From Gemmatimonadota bacterium (lineage in GTDB: Bacteria; Gemmatimonadota; Gemmatimonadetes; Palauibacterales; Palauibacteraceae), in contig OY762926.1 of the NCBI GenBank assembly GCA_963666735.1, positions 3,200,001-3,264,000 on the forward strand: a DNA stretch of 64,000 nt, in the 5' to 3' direction. The position numbers and the translations under genes were made by a program. The stretch's first letter is position 1. Each line of letters begins with the position of its first letter. The notes beneath the pieces were generated by a model. That model was not told the DNA's origin and made no database searches. It worked only from the letters and a program-made list of their open reading frames with translations. Of this stretch, positions 46,466 to 56,422 are shown piece by piece.

Positions 46466-47734
46466 TCACGCTCCGTTCTGTGCAGGGCCAGACGCGCACG
46501 TCCGATCGACCAGATACCGGTGAAGGTACGGGATGCCGAATTCGCCGTACGTGGCGCCCCAGATCTCGTCACGGCTCGCGAGGGCAACCGCGAGACGGGG
46601 GTCCCAAGGTACCAGCGAAGTGCGGCCGTGCCCGATCTCTACCGTACCTTCCAGCGTTCCATCCGAATCGTATACCTCCCACACATCGACACGGTCCTCA
46701 CGCATCTCTCGAAGCAACCAGATGGTTCCGTCCGTTCCTGCGACGACCTGCCGGACCGGGGGGAGGTATTCCGGAACCCAAAAAACTCCGCGAGCAGCAC
46801 GACGCCTGCGCTCGAGTGTTGTCTCGGTTAGCTGAAGACCTGAGGAAGGGTAGTAGTCCCCGGCCCTCCAGCCTGCGTACTCGTCCGCCAAGCGGCGTTC
46901 CATCGCGCGGGTGACTTCGCGCGGTTCGTACTCGACGGACCGGTGCAGGAGCGTGTCTCCGCGGATCGATATCACCAGAAGGTCGAAGGTCGGCGGGGTC
47001 GCGTCTTCACGCACTTCCCCGATCCGTACGACCGCGGCGCCGTCGGGCTTGACCGCGGTGAGGTATTCGCCGAGGCCGAGAGGGGGGAGGTCCCTGAGGG
47101 GGTGTGTGCCGGGGAACAACCCGGCGTCCCTCTCATTCTCAATCGCGTTACCCGGCCATTCCATCTTGGCGATCGTGTCGAGGACTTCGCCGGATCGTGA
47201 GAGGCGGCGCAACGCGAGTCCTGGGTTCTCGCCTCGGGATGACAAGGCCAGTCCATCGGTGATGCGGCGCCTGCCAATGAGCGTGCCGTCGGCGAGCATG
47301 CGGCCCGGGGTCAACAACGACCCCTCCTCGGGCACGCTCCGCGAGAACTGGATGATTTGGTCCGGCCGGCGCTCGTCCGCGGTGAACAGCTGGATCCGGT
47401 TGAAGTCGGCTACCCAGAGGGTGTCTCCGATCCAGCCGACGGCGCGCGCCGCAAGCTCTATATCGCCTGGCCCCTGGCCAGCACGACCGATCCGGCGAAG
47501 CACTTGGCCATCAAGAGAGAAGACCGTGACCGCGGGCACCATGGCCTGAGCGACGTAGAGGGCGCTGTCGGGACCGATCGCGAGATCCAGGACGCTCGCA
47601 ACGAGGTCCGTGCTTTCCACGGATCCGATCCGCAAAACCTCTTCCAACTGCCAGGGCGTCGGACACGCGACCTGTGCGCGCATCCCCGCCGGAGCGCAAA
47701 GAAGCACGGCAATCGCACAAATCAGCAGACGCAC
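46466..47734 (-). CDS. Secreted 6-bladed beta-propeller protein
   Basis: GGAGG RBS + GTG, signal peptide, EEVLRIGS, IGRAGQGPGD, GDTLWVAD. Confidence 0.85.
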   Translation of the reverse strand: MRLLICAIAVLLCAPAGMRAQVACPTPWQLEEVLRIGSVESTDLVASVLDLAIGPDSALYVAQAMVPAVTVFSLDGQVLRRIGRAGQGPGDIELAARAVGWIGDTLWVADFNRIQLFTADERRPDQIIQFSRSVPEEGSLLTPGRMLADGTLIGRRRITDGLALSSRGENPGLALRRLSRSGEVLDTIAKMEWPGNAIENERDAGLFPGTHPLRDLPPLGLGEYLTAVKPDGAAVVRIGEVREDATPPTFDLLVISIRGDTLLHRSVEYEPREVTRAMERRLADEYAGWRAGDYYPSSGLQLTETTLERRRRAARGVFWVPEYLPPVRQVVAGTDGTIWLLREMREDRVDVWEVYDSDGTLEGTVEIGHGRTSLVPWDPRLAVALASRDEIWGATYGEFGIPYLHRYLVDRTCASGPAQNGA

Positions 47735-47753
47735 ATATGCCTCCCCCTCGTTC

Positions 47754-47871
47754 AGCAGGCGCGATACGGTCCCCCGCCCGCACCCCAGGCGCGAGGCCGT
47801 CTCGGTCACGTTCCAGCCGACCTCGTCCATGCTCTCGCGGATCAGTTCGCCCAATGCGGAGGGTTGAACAT
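47754..47871 (-). pseudogene. Truncated, frameshifted second copy of higA
   Basis: Closely matches about 40614-40731 (RESMDEVGWNVTETASRLGC); 1-nt deletion after the NPPH codons. Confidence 0.85.
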
Positions 47872-48026
47872 CGGGCCCGCGGACAAAGACCCGAGTCACG
47901 TTCACGGGAGTCGGCAGCATCATGAACCTGAGGATCGAGTTGCCTGGTGCCGACAGTTCCCTCCCCCCAGCCGGGAGGCGTCGCGGGACTACCCGAAGAG
48001 GCAATCGCCGTGAACGACCGCGAGGG

Positions 48027-48308
48027 TTAGAGGCCAAGTGCCGAATGGGAGCCCAGACGCACCAGACGCAGGATATCGGTCCCGGACTTCTGGTAAATCA
48101 TCAGCAGGTCCGGCTTCAGGTGGCAGTCGCGGAAATCTTGCCACTCGCCGCTCAGCGCGTGGTCGTGGTGACGGGGCTCCAGCGGCCGGTCGTTGGCCAG
48201 GGTATCCACGACTGTGGCCAGGATGGCGTCGAGGTATGCTCGGTGCCGGCCCCGCGACTCCCGCTTGTAGTCGCGCTTGAACCGGCTGGTGCGCTCAATC
48301 GTCCGCAC
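48027..48308 (-). CDS. yafQ: YafQ-family mRNA interferase toxin
   Basis: FKRDYKRE, DHALSGEWQDFRDCHLKPDLLMIY, RLGSHSAL. Confidence 0.93.
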   Translation of the reverse strand: MRTIERTSRFKRDYKRESRGRHRAYLDAILATVVDTLANDRPLEPRHHDHALSGEWQDFRDCHLKPDLLMIYQKSGTDILRLVRLGSHSALGL

Positions 48309-48555
48309 GCAGATCGTCGAAGAGGTCCTCCACGCTGGCGAACGGCGGGAGGTCACCCCGGCGGGCTTCCCTCATCGCTTCAATGGTGGCGGCGTTGGGA
48401 ACCAGCGGCGCGAACGGCAGCGCTTTCTCGTGGGCGACCTTGGTCAGCAGCAGGCGCAACGCGCCGGAGACGGTCAAGCCCATGGCCGCCAGCACCGTGG
48501 CCGCCTCCTCCTTTATTGCTTCGTCAATGCGGGCTTGGACGAGCTGGTTCGGCAT
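48295..48555 (-). CDS. dinJ: RelB/DinJ antitoxin
   Basis: VQARIDEAIKEEAATVLAAMGLTVS ... LPF ... PNAATIEAM. Confidence 0.93.
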   Translation of the reverse strand: MPNQLVQARIDEAIKEEAATVLAAMGLTVSGALRLLLTKVAHEKALPFAPLVPNAATIEAMREARRGDLPPFASVEDLFDDLRADD

Positions 48556-48614
48556 GTCGAGCATCCATCTTTCGGGTTGACGTACAATATCATGCAGGAT
48601 CGCAGGCTGGCCGG

Positions 48615-48785
48615 TCAAGGTTTCGCATCGAGCAAGTCCACGGACAGGCAACCCTCAACCGCCTCGCGGATGTTTCGCAGCAGCTCGTCGAACGACTCGC
48701 CTTGGGATACGCATCCCGCGATGGCCGGTACTTCCGCCCAGTAGCCGCCTTCCTCCGCCCGATGAACGACCATCACCGCGCCCAT
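48615..48785 (-). CDS. Orphan short HicB-family (UPF0150) antitoxin, not in the ORF track
   Basis: MGAVMVVHRAEEGGYWAEVPAIAGCVSQGESFDELLRNIREAVEGCL..* (56 aa). Confidence 0.8.
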   Translation of the reverse strand: MGAVMVVHRAEEGGYWAEVPAIAGCVSQGESFDELLRNIREAVEGCLSVDLLDAKP

Positions 48786-48802
48786 CGGTCATGAACGTTG
48801 GC

Positions 48803-49225
48803 TCAGCGGGTTCGCCAGAGCCGCAGCGACGAGATGCCCCCGGCTCTCGAGGCGCGACGCACATATCGTTCGTCCGCCGTGACGAACACACCTCCGAGGC
48901 CAAGCGCCACGGCATGGTACGCGGCGTCGTAGAAGGCGACTCCGTACGTCACAGCCAGAGACACGGTGCGCCTTCTCCAGTTTGCGTCGAGCCGCGCCTC
49001 CGTCAGGCCGAAGTCGGCCAGCGATGCCAGGAGCGCGTCGGCGTCATCGGGAAACCGCCTCGCCAGCGTGTTGCCCACCTCGTAGATCCAGAGTTGAGGA
49101 ACGACCAGATCGAGGGTCCCCGACACCGCCTCCTCACGTAGCGCGAGCGCCGCGTCCGTGTCCTGCTCGCTGCCGCCCGGAAGAACCCACTTCAGAAGAA
49201 CCGACGCGTCCGGCGTTACGATCAC
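48803..49225 (-). CDS. vapC: VapC PIN-domain toxin
   Basis: DASVLLKW, WIYEVGN, FYDAAYHAVA, FVTADE; GTGA overlap with the antitoxin. Confidence 0.9.
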   Translation of the reverse strand: MIVTPDASVLLKWVLPGGSEQDTDAALALREEAVSGTLDLVVPQLWIYEVGNTLARRFPDDADALLASLADFGLTEARLDANWRRRTVSLAVTYGVAFYDAAYHAVALGLGGVFVTADERYVRRASRAGGISSLRLWRTR

Positions 49226-49455
49226 GGCAGCCGTTGCTCCCGCTCCTCCCGTATCCATCGGACGATCTGGCCGGTCTCGACGGCTGGCAATCGCGCTCGC
49301 AATGCGTCCATCCGGGCGGAGGCGTCCCGCTTCCCGGAAGCACCCGACCACTCGCGGATGGCGGCGTTGACGGCGCGGCTGCGGGTACCGCGCGGCAGCC
49401 TCTGCAACACACGCCACGAGTCCTCGTCCATCATGATGTTGACCCGTCGAGCCAT
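49222..49455 (-). CDS. RHH-like antitoxin
   Basis: 77 aa, RVNIMMD...RSRAVNAAIREW; GGAGG RBS; coupled to vapC. Confidence 0.8.
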   Translation of the reverse strand: MARRVNIMMDEDSWRVLQRLPRGTRSRAVNAAIREWSGASGKRDASARMDALRARLPAVETGQIVRWIREEREQRLP

Positions 49456-49485
49456 ATTGTTTTCCTCCCGAGTACGCCGGACAGT

Positions 49486-49500
49486 GTGTAAAGATTACAC
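49486..49500. promoter_or_regulatory. Palindromic operator candidate between divergent TA operons
   Basis: GTGTAA-AGA-TTACAC; ATGGCA/TACCAT repeats also flank the AbrB-type start (about 49545-49585). Confidence 0.5.
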
Positions 49501-49572
49501 ACCATCACGCATCCTCGCAAACCTCCCCGGCGTGACCTTGATCGATGGCACCAGAATGGCATCATTATTACC

Positions 49573-49854
49573 ATGGAAACTACCATCGACAAAGCTGGCC
49601 GCCTGGTTGTGCCCAAGGCGGTTCGGGAGGCGAGCCGGTTACGCCCCGGAACCCGCGTCCGCTTCCGGGTCCGGGACGGCCGCGTCGAGATCGAACCCGT
49701 ACCGCTGGACGTCTCGCTTGAACGGCATGGTTCCGCCGTGGTCGCGGTGCCGCGAGAGGGACGGCCCGTCCTGACGGCGGCGGAGGTCGAGGAGACGACC
49801 TTCGGCCTCCGCTCCGGCGCACCCTCGGCAGAGGGGACTCAAGGGGCCGGGTGA
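49573..49854 (+). CDS. AbrB/MazE/SpoVT-family antitoxin
   Basis: TTIDKAGRLVVPKAVRE..LRPG. Confidence 0.92.
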   Translation: METTIDKAGRLVVPKAVREASRLRPGTRVRFRVRDGRVEIEPVPLDVSLERHGSAVVAVPREGRPVLTAAEVEETTFGLRSGAPSAEGTQGAG

Positions 49855-50282
49855 CCCGTTACCTCTGCGACACAAGCGCCCTCGTCGCGACCGTTTGCTC
49901 ATGGCATGAACACCACGCGCGAACCCGCGCCGCGATCGAGCGACGCGAGCGGGGAGGCGAAGAGCTTGTTCTTGCCGCTCATTCGCTGGCGGAAACGTAC
50001 GCGGTCCTCACCCGGCTACCCGGACCGAATCGCCTGCGATCCGGGGACGCCCTCGCGCTGCTGGAGGCCAACTGGGGCGACACCCCGGTCGTGCACCTCA
50101 CGGCGGCCGAGACCTGGCGCACGCTGCGCAGAGCACGGCGAAGCGGAGTGATCGGCGGACAGACGTACGACATGCTCATCGCGGCTAGTGCGCTGAAGGC
50201 TCGCGCCTCGACGGTCATCACCTGGAACGTCCGCCGCTTTGCCCCCGTGGCACGCAAGATCGACATCGAGGCGCCCCTCTGA
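49851..50282 (+). CDS. vapC: VapC PIN-domain toxin
   Basis: DTSALVA, HSLAETYAVLTRLP, GGQTYDMLI, TWNVRRF. Confidence 0.9.
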   Translation: MTRYLCDTSALVATVCSWHEHHARTRAAIERRERGGEELVLAAHSLAETYAVLTRLPGPNRLRSGDALALLEANWGDTPVVHLTAAETWRTLRRARRSGVIGGQTYDMLIAASALKARASTVITWNVRRFAPVARKIDIEAPL

Positions 50283-50309
50283 CGATCGAACCGGCAGATG
50301 CCGCCCCCG

Positions 50310-51023
50310 TCAGTTGCCGTCGGCGAGATTGATCTTGTGCACGATCTCGCCGTCTCTCCGCACCAGCAGTCCCTGAAACTCCTCCGCAAGGCCCGTCCGC
50401 CTGTGTCCGGCGGGCGCGCTGCCAAGAAAGATCCTGTTCGCCCCGGTGCCCACCGTGACGCCGTTCAGGCCGTCGTCGTCCAGGGTCAGCAAGAGACCTT
50501 CCTGGATACGATCCGTGTCGAGGCCCAGACTGACGCGATAGCGGCCGTCCACCGGCAACAGGCCGTACCCCGTCCGCTCGAACCCCTCGTGGTCGTTGAT
50601 CACCATGCCCGTGCTCGGCGCGAGACGCCTGCCGATGTTGGGATCGGGCACCGGATCCCCGACGACCAGGCGATCGAATCCGTCCTCACTGAGGATGAGC
50701 ATCCCGGTGGTTTCGTGGATGTAGTCCTGGTAGTAGCCCATGTAGGCGTCCGGAAACCGGGGTCCCCATATCTCGCGCACGCGGGCTTCATCGGTGCGAA
50801 CGCGGTTGACGGCCTCCGGGACCGGGGCGCCGATGAGGATTCTCTCGCGCCCGGCCTCGTCCTCGATGATCAGCCCACGGGTTCTGATCACATCATCCGA
50901 AGCCGTCCCGCTTCTGACGAAGAGCACGGCCAGCGCGATGGTCATCAAGGCAGAGTAGACCTGCAACCAACGAATCGTACGCTTCAGTGGTTCGGTACTC
51001 GTGCTCACGGAATCCTCCTTCAT
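50310..51023 (-). CDS. Hypothetical membrane-anchored beta-rich protein
   Basis: One N-terminal TM, IRTRGLIIEDEAGRERILIGAP, repeated G-x-x-I-x-D/S..G.ER units. Confidence 0.75.
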   Translation of the reverse strand: MKEDSVSTSTEPLKRTIRWLQVYSALMTIALAVLFVRSGTASDDVIRTRGLIIEDEAGRERILIGAPVPEAVNRVRTDEARVREIWGPRFPDAYMGYYQDYIHETTGMLILSEDGFDRLVVGDPVPDPNIGRRLAPSTGMVINDHEGFERTGYGLLPVDGRYRVSLGLDTDRIQEGLLLTLDDDGLNGVTVGTGANRIFLGSAPAGHRRTGLAEEFQGLLVRRDGEIVHKINLADGN

Positions 51024-51100
51024 ACGGCGGATTTGTCGCCCCGGCTGCTGACACGCCTTGTGACAGCGGAACGTTCGACGAGGGTTGTCAGCCGGGGCTC

Positions 51101-51745
51101 ATGAGCGACACGGTCCACGTGCCCGGCATGGGGGACCTTTCGAGATCGCCGATGGCCTACTACAGGGTCGGCACGGGTGGCGGCGGCCCAATGGTCGACG
51201 GACTGAACAGCGCCCCGTTCGCTCCGCGCGCGGACTGGGACATGACCGGGCGCGGGACGATCATCGTGGGCGACGGAGAGACGTACCGGCTCCACGAGTT
51301 CGCCCGGGGTGGCGAACCTCTCAGGACGATCGTCGGTCCGGAGGTGAAACGCCGCGCAGTGCCGCGGGCCGAACGCGCGGACAGCATGAGAGCGCTCGAC
51401 GCGCGTATCGATTCGCTTCCCGTCCCGCTGGACGAAGTCCTTGGCGTCGCGCCTGAGATCCTCAGGGGCGAGATCCCGGACTCGCTGCCGGTCTTCAACT
51501 CCATCCACGTAGGAGCCTCCGACCGGATCTGGGTCGAGCGCTGGCCCCCGGAAGGCATGGCCTCGTCGCGGTACTTCGACGTTCTGGAATACGACGGACG
51601 CTACGCCGGCACCGTCGTCGTACCGGCCCCGCTGTTGACGGATCCGCCGCCGTTCTTCGGCGACGACACCATCGTCGGCGTCGTCATGGACCCGACCTTC
51701 GAGGTGCACACGGTCGTCGCCTTCCGCTTTCGACTCCCTCGATAG
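51101..51745 (+). pseudogene. C-terminal half of a 6-bladed beta-propeller protein (no signal peptide)
   Basis: DTVHVP, APFAP, DRIWVER, FDVLEYDGRYAGTV; the N-terminal blades are absent. Confidence 0.65.
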
Positions 51746-51752
51746 AGTTCCC

Positions 51753-52967
51753 TCAGCCCTCCGGTTCGAGCGACACCAGCCGAATCACCCGGACGGTGGG
51801 CACATCCAGCTCGTCCCGTTCGATGTAGGCCAGCAGGCCGTCCGGGCCGAAAGCACCTGGGGTCCGCAGTCCATCCGCAGCCAGAGTGCCGATGTAGCGG
51901 CCGTCGGGCGTCACGATGTCGGTCGGACCACCGTCGCGGTCGCCGTCCGCTGCCCTTCGGGTCACCCAGATCCGGTCCTCCCAGTCGACCTCGACGTCTC
52001 CGATGACCGGCACCTCGTCGGCGAAGTCAAGCTCTTCCACGCCTTCGCGTTCCACCTGGAACGACGATGGCAGATCTTGGAGTTGAGCGGTGGTTTCACG
52101 GTAGCGCTCGCGCTCCGCCTCCATGATCGCTTCGTCGACGGCCAGCGGCGCAATCGGCCGCTCGACGACTCCGGTTACGCTCCCGTCGAGTCCGATCAGC
52201 TTCACGCGGTAGCCGATCGAGTCGGCAAGGGCGAGCCGGCCATCGGTCAGCACGTCGTAGTAGAGTCCCGGCTCGAAGGCGCGCCCCGCCGATATGCGGA
52301 TAGTCCTGGACGAATCAAAGGCGAAGTTGTCGTCGTCGGCATCCTCGGGGAGAACCCAGGCGGTGTAGAGGATTTCGGGCTCGGTCCCATCCAGCGGGAT
52401 GAGGTGAATCGGCCGACCCTCGTCGTCGGGGGAACTCGCCGCCCGCGAAGACGCGTCCATCGAAACGAAGCTCGAGGCGACCAGGCGTCCGTCGGGGAGG
52501 GCCAAACCGGAAAAGAGGATCGCATCCATTTGGACGCGCCGCACGAAGGTTCCACCGGGGTCGAAGAAATCGACCTGCGAGAAGCCCAGCACCGTGTAAG
52601 AGCCGTCGCGGGCGACGATGGCCGAGCTGACGTTGCCGAACTCGCCCGGCCCCTCTCCCTGTCCTCCCACCGTGCGCAGCAAGGATCCGTCCCGTCCGAC
52701 CACCAGGATGTGCTCGGCCTGGGAGTCGAAGATGTGCAGGTTGCCCTCGCGGTCGAAGGCCACCGAACTCACGCTGCCGAAGGTGTCCCACGCGTCACCG
52801 ACCACCGACCCGACGGTGAAGACCTCTTCGGTGACGGCGTCCAGCATCACGTCTGGACCCTCGAGGGTTCCGCGGGTGCCGATCGCCCGGTCCTGCCCTG
52901 CGTCGCCGCAGGCCCCGGACAGGAAGAGCGGAGCGAAGACCAGCAGCTGTTTCGGGTTCGCCGGCAT
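51753..52967 (-). CDS. 6-bladed beta-propeller lipoprotein
   Basis: AGGAG RBS, lipobox SGAC, GGQGEGPGEF, DRIWV, FGPDGLLAYIERDELDVP. Confidence 0.88.
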   Translation of the reverse strand: MPANPKQLLVFAPLFLSGACGDAGQDRAIGTRGTLEGPDVMLDAVTEEVFTVGSVVGDAWDTFGSVSSVAFDREGNLHIFDSQAEHILVVGRDGSLLRTVGGQGEGPGEFGNVSSAIVARDGSYTVLGFSQVDFFDPGGTFVRRVQMDAILFSGLALPDGRLVASSFVSMDASSRAASSPDDEGRPIHLIPLDGTEPEILYTAWVLPEDADDDNFAFDSSRTIRISAGRAFEPGLYYDVLTDGRLALADSIGYRVKLIGLDGSVTGVVERPIAPLAVDEAIMEAERERYRETTAQLQDLPSSFQVEREGVEELDFADEVPVIGDVEVDWEDRIWVTRRAADGDRDGGPTDIVTPDGRYIGTLAADGLRTPGAFGPDGLLAYIERDELDVPTVRVIRLVSLEPEG

Positions 52968-52985
52968 GGTTACTTCTCCTCAACT

Positions 52986-54476
<1,491 letters not shown>

Positions 54477-54493
54477 CGTCTATCTCCTTCGGT

Positions 54494-54547
54494 GTTCAGG
54501 CAGCTCTCGGACAGCTTCGGATAGCGTTCAGACAGCGTTCAGACAGC
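54494..54547 (-). repeat. Imperfect 11-bp tandem repeat (5 units) that includes the sahR stop codon
   Basis: GTTCAGGCAGC TCTCGGACAGC TTCGGATAGC GTTCAGACAGC GTTCAGACAGC. Confidence 0.7.
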
Positions 54548-55504
54548 TTTCCGGGCGGTGGCCGCGAAGAGCGCCGGCCCCGACGCCTCGGGCTCCGGCG
54601 CGAGCGGAATGTGATGATACGCTTCGAGGCCGGCGAGACACGTCCAATCCCGCATCTGGTCCTCGGTGAAGCCGGGCCACAGGTGGCCCATGGTGTCGCG
54701 GTATTCGTCTCTGTCGTGCGCGCGCATGTCCACCACGAGCAGGCGTCCGCCCGGAGCCAGGGCGCGGGCCGCCTCAGCCAGCACCCGTCCGGGGTCCACC
54801 GCGAAGTGGAGCACGAGCATCAACACGGCGAGATCGAGTGCATCGTCGTCGACCGGGAGCGACTCCAGTTCGCCCTCGCGGATGTCGACATTGTCGCGCT
54901 CGCCAAGGCGTACAGCCGCCGCAGCCAGCATTTCCGGTGACCGGTCGACCGCGACGACCCGCGTCACGAAGGGCGCGATCATGTTTGCGAGCGTTCCCGT
55001 CCCCGCGCCGAGGTCCCCCACGGTCCACTCCGGATCGAACAGACCGAAGAGGGGTGCGAACCGTGCGTCGCTCCCGAACAACTCATCGCGGAGGGCGTCC
55101 CACTCGGCCGCGGATTCCAAGAAGAAGGCTGCGGCGCCCCCCCGGCGCTCGGCGAGTACACTCTCGGCCCGTTCCGCATCGTCCCGGATCCAGCGGGCGC
55201 CGGCGAGGCTCCCCTCCGCCAGCCGCCAGAGATCCCGGGCCCCCGACTCGAGTTCGCCGTCCATGCGGTAGTACCGGGTCTTCCCCTCCTGCCGCCGGCG
55301 CACCCAGCCATCATCGGCGAGTACCCGCAGGTGACGCGAAACCGTGGACTGCGGCAGCTGCAGGACGGAGACGAGTTCCGACACCGTGAACTCGTTACGG
55401 TCCAGCAGGGTGAGAATCCGGAGCCGGTTCTCATCCCCGAGGGATTCGAAGCGGGAGAGAAGGTCCCGTGTCGGCGCCGGCACTTGGCTGATCATCGTAT
55501 CCAT
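54539..55504 (-). CDS. sahR: ArsR-family regulator fused to a SAM-binding methyltransferase domain (SahR)
   Basis: ArsR HTH (LQLPQSTVSRHL) + VGDLGAGTG; directly upstream of ahcY. Confidence 0.85.
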   Translation of the reverse strand: MDTMISQVPAPTRDLLSRFESLGDENRLRILTLLDRNEFTVSELVSVLQLPQSTVSRHLRVLADDGWVRRRQEGKTRYYRMDGELESGARDLWRLAEGSLAGARWIRDDAERAESVLAERRGGAAAFFLESAAEWDALRDELFGSDARFAPLFGLFDPEWTVGDLGAGTGTLANMIAPFVTRVVAVDRSPEMLAAAAVRLGERDNVDIREGELESLPVDDDALDLAVLMLVLHFAVDPGRVLAEAARALAPGGRLLVVDMRAHDRDEYRDTMGHLWPGFTEDQMRDWTCLAGLEAYHHIPLAPEPEASGPALFAATARKAV

Positions 55505-55506
55505 AA

Positions 55507-55522
55507 ATCCAAATATATGGAT
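55507..55522. promoter_or_regulatory. Putative SahR operator
   Basis: AT-rich palindrome ATCCA-AATATA-TGGAT 2 nt upstream of the sahR start. Confidence 0.6.
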
Positions 55523-55655
55523 ATGACAATGTTGGCGCTACGCTCAGTTCCTCAATCCCGGCCCGAGGCGATTCCGAGACCGATACCTGCAACCGGTGAT
55601 GCGCCACTTGCGTTGCTCCTCTCTCGTTCCCGGGCCGGACCGTTCGGCCGTCAGC

Positions 55656-55683
55656 TTGACCCTATCACGGTACAAGCTAGCTT
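55656..55683 (+). promoter_or_regulatory. Sigma70-type promoter of tRNA-Pro(GGG)
   Basis: TTGACC-16 nt-TAGCTT, similar to the promoter at 33296. Confidence 0.55.
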
Positions 55684-55695
55684 CACGGTCCACGT

Positions 55696-55769
55696 CGGGG
55701 CGTGGCGCAGCCCGGTAGCGCGCCTGAATGGGGTTCAGGAGGTCGCGAGTTCAAATCTCGCCGCCCCGA
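55696..55769 (+). tRNA. tRNA-Pro(GGG)
   Basis: Acceptor CGGGGCG/CGCCCCG, anticodon arm CCTGA-ATGGGGT-TCAGG, GTTCAAATC. Confidence 0.95.
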
Positions 55770-55806
55770 TTTTCTTGCCCAGCCATGAACACGGAGGATT
55801 GGGACC

Positions 55807-56412
55807 ATGAAGCCTCGGCTGTCCGTGATCCTCGCATTGCTCGCCGTGAGCGTCGCCGTGCGGCTGATTCCCTACGTGCTGGCGCAGTTCGGGATGACGG
55901 TCGAGCCCGGCAACACGGTCTATCCGTGGAACTTCTCGCCGTTCCTGCCCATCTGCCTGTTCGGCGGAGCCATGTTCGCGCGGGCCCGCATGGCGTACCT
56001 GGTCCCGTTCGCGGCCTGGCTGCTCGGAGACCTCGGGGTCTGGGCGCTCACCGGACGCGCCGACTGGGCGTTCTACGCGCACCAGCCGGTGATCTATCTC
56101 TCGGTCGCCCTCGTCGCCTTCATCGGCTTTTCCCTCCGGCGCGGGCGGTCGTGGAAGCGCGTCGCCGGCGCGGGGCTCGGGTCGTCGCTCGCGTTCTTCG
56201 TGCTCAGCAACTTCGGCGTTTGGGCGTTCGGCGGCGGCGCGATCTATCCGCTCAACTTCGCCGGCCTCGTCGAGTGCTACGTGATGGCGATTCCGTACCT
56301 GCGGAACACGCTGGTCAGCATGGCGGTCTTCCTGCCGCTCCTGTTCAGCCGCGTCGCCCTGACCAAGCCGACCGCCGTCCCCGGGTACCGCCTGGCCTCC
56401 AGCCGTACCTGA
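55807..56412 (+). CDS. DUF6580-type membrane protein (putative ECF-S-like cobalamin transporter)
   Basis: WNFSP..CLFGGA, FFVLSNFGVW, YP..FAGLVECY.MAIPY.RN. Confidence 0.75.
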   Translation: MKPRLSVILALLAVSVAVRLIPYVLAQFGMTVEPGNTVYPWNFSPFLPICLFGGAMFARARMAYLVPFAAWLLGDLGVWALTGRADWAFYAHQPVIYLSVALVAFIGFSLRRGRSWKRVAGAGLGSSLAFFVLSNFGVWAFGGGAIYPLNFAGLVECYVMAIPYLRNTLVSMAVFLPLLFSRVALTKPTAVPGYRLASSRT

Positions 56413-56422
56413 GGGCGGCGCG

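Larger units (their letters stand above)
34070..52970. mobile_element. Accessory/defence island downstream of tRNA-Pro(CGG); right boundary approximate, no integrase visible
   Basis: RM enzyme, many TA genes and fragments, internal duplications and lower-GC patches between the tRNA operon and ahcY. Confidence 0.7.

Noticed and set aside
46466..48037. Functional HigA-propeller fusion (523 aa)
   Set aside because: The higA copy is frameshifted relative to its own ATG and truncated, and the propeller has its own GGAGG + GTG start
34070..52970. Integron cassette array
   Set aside because: Genes lie on both strands, there is no intI and no convincing attC hairpins; only isolated GTTRRRY matches
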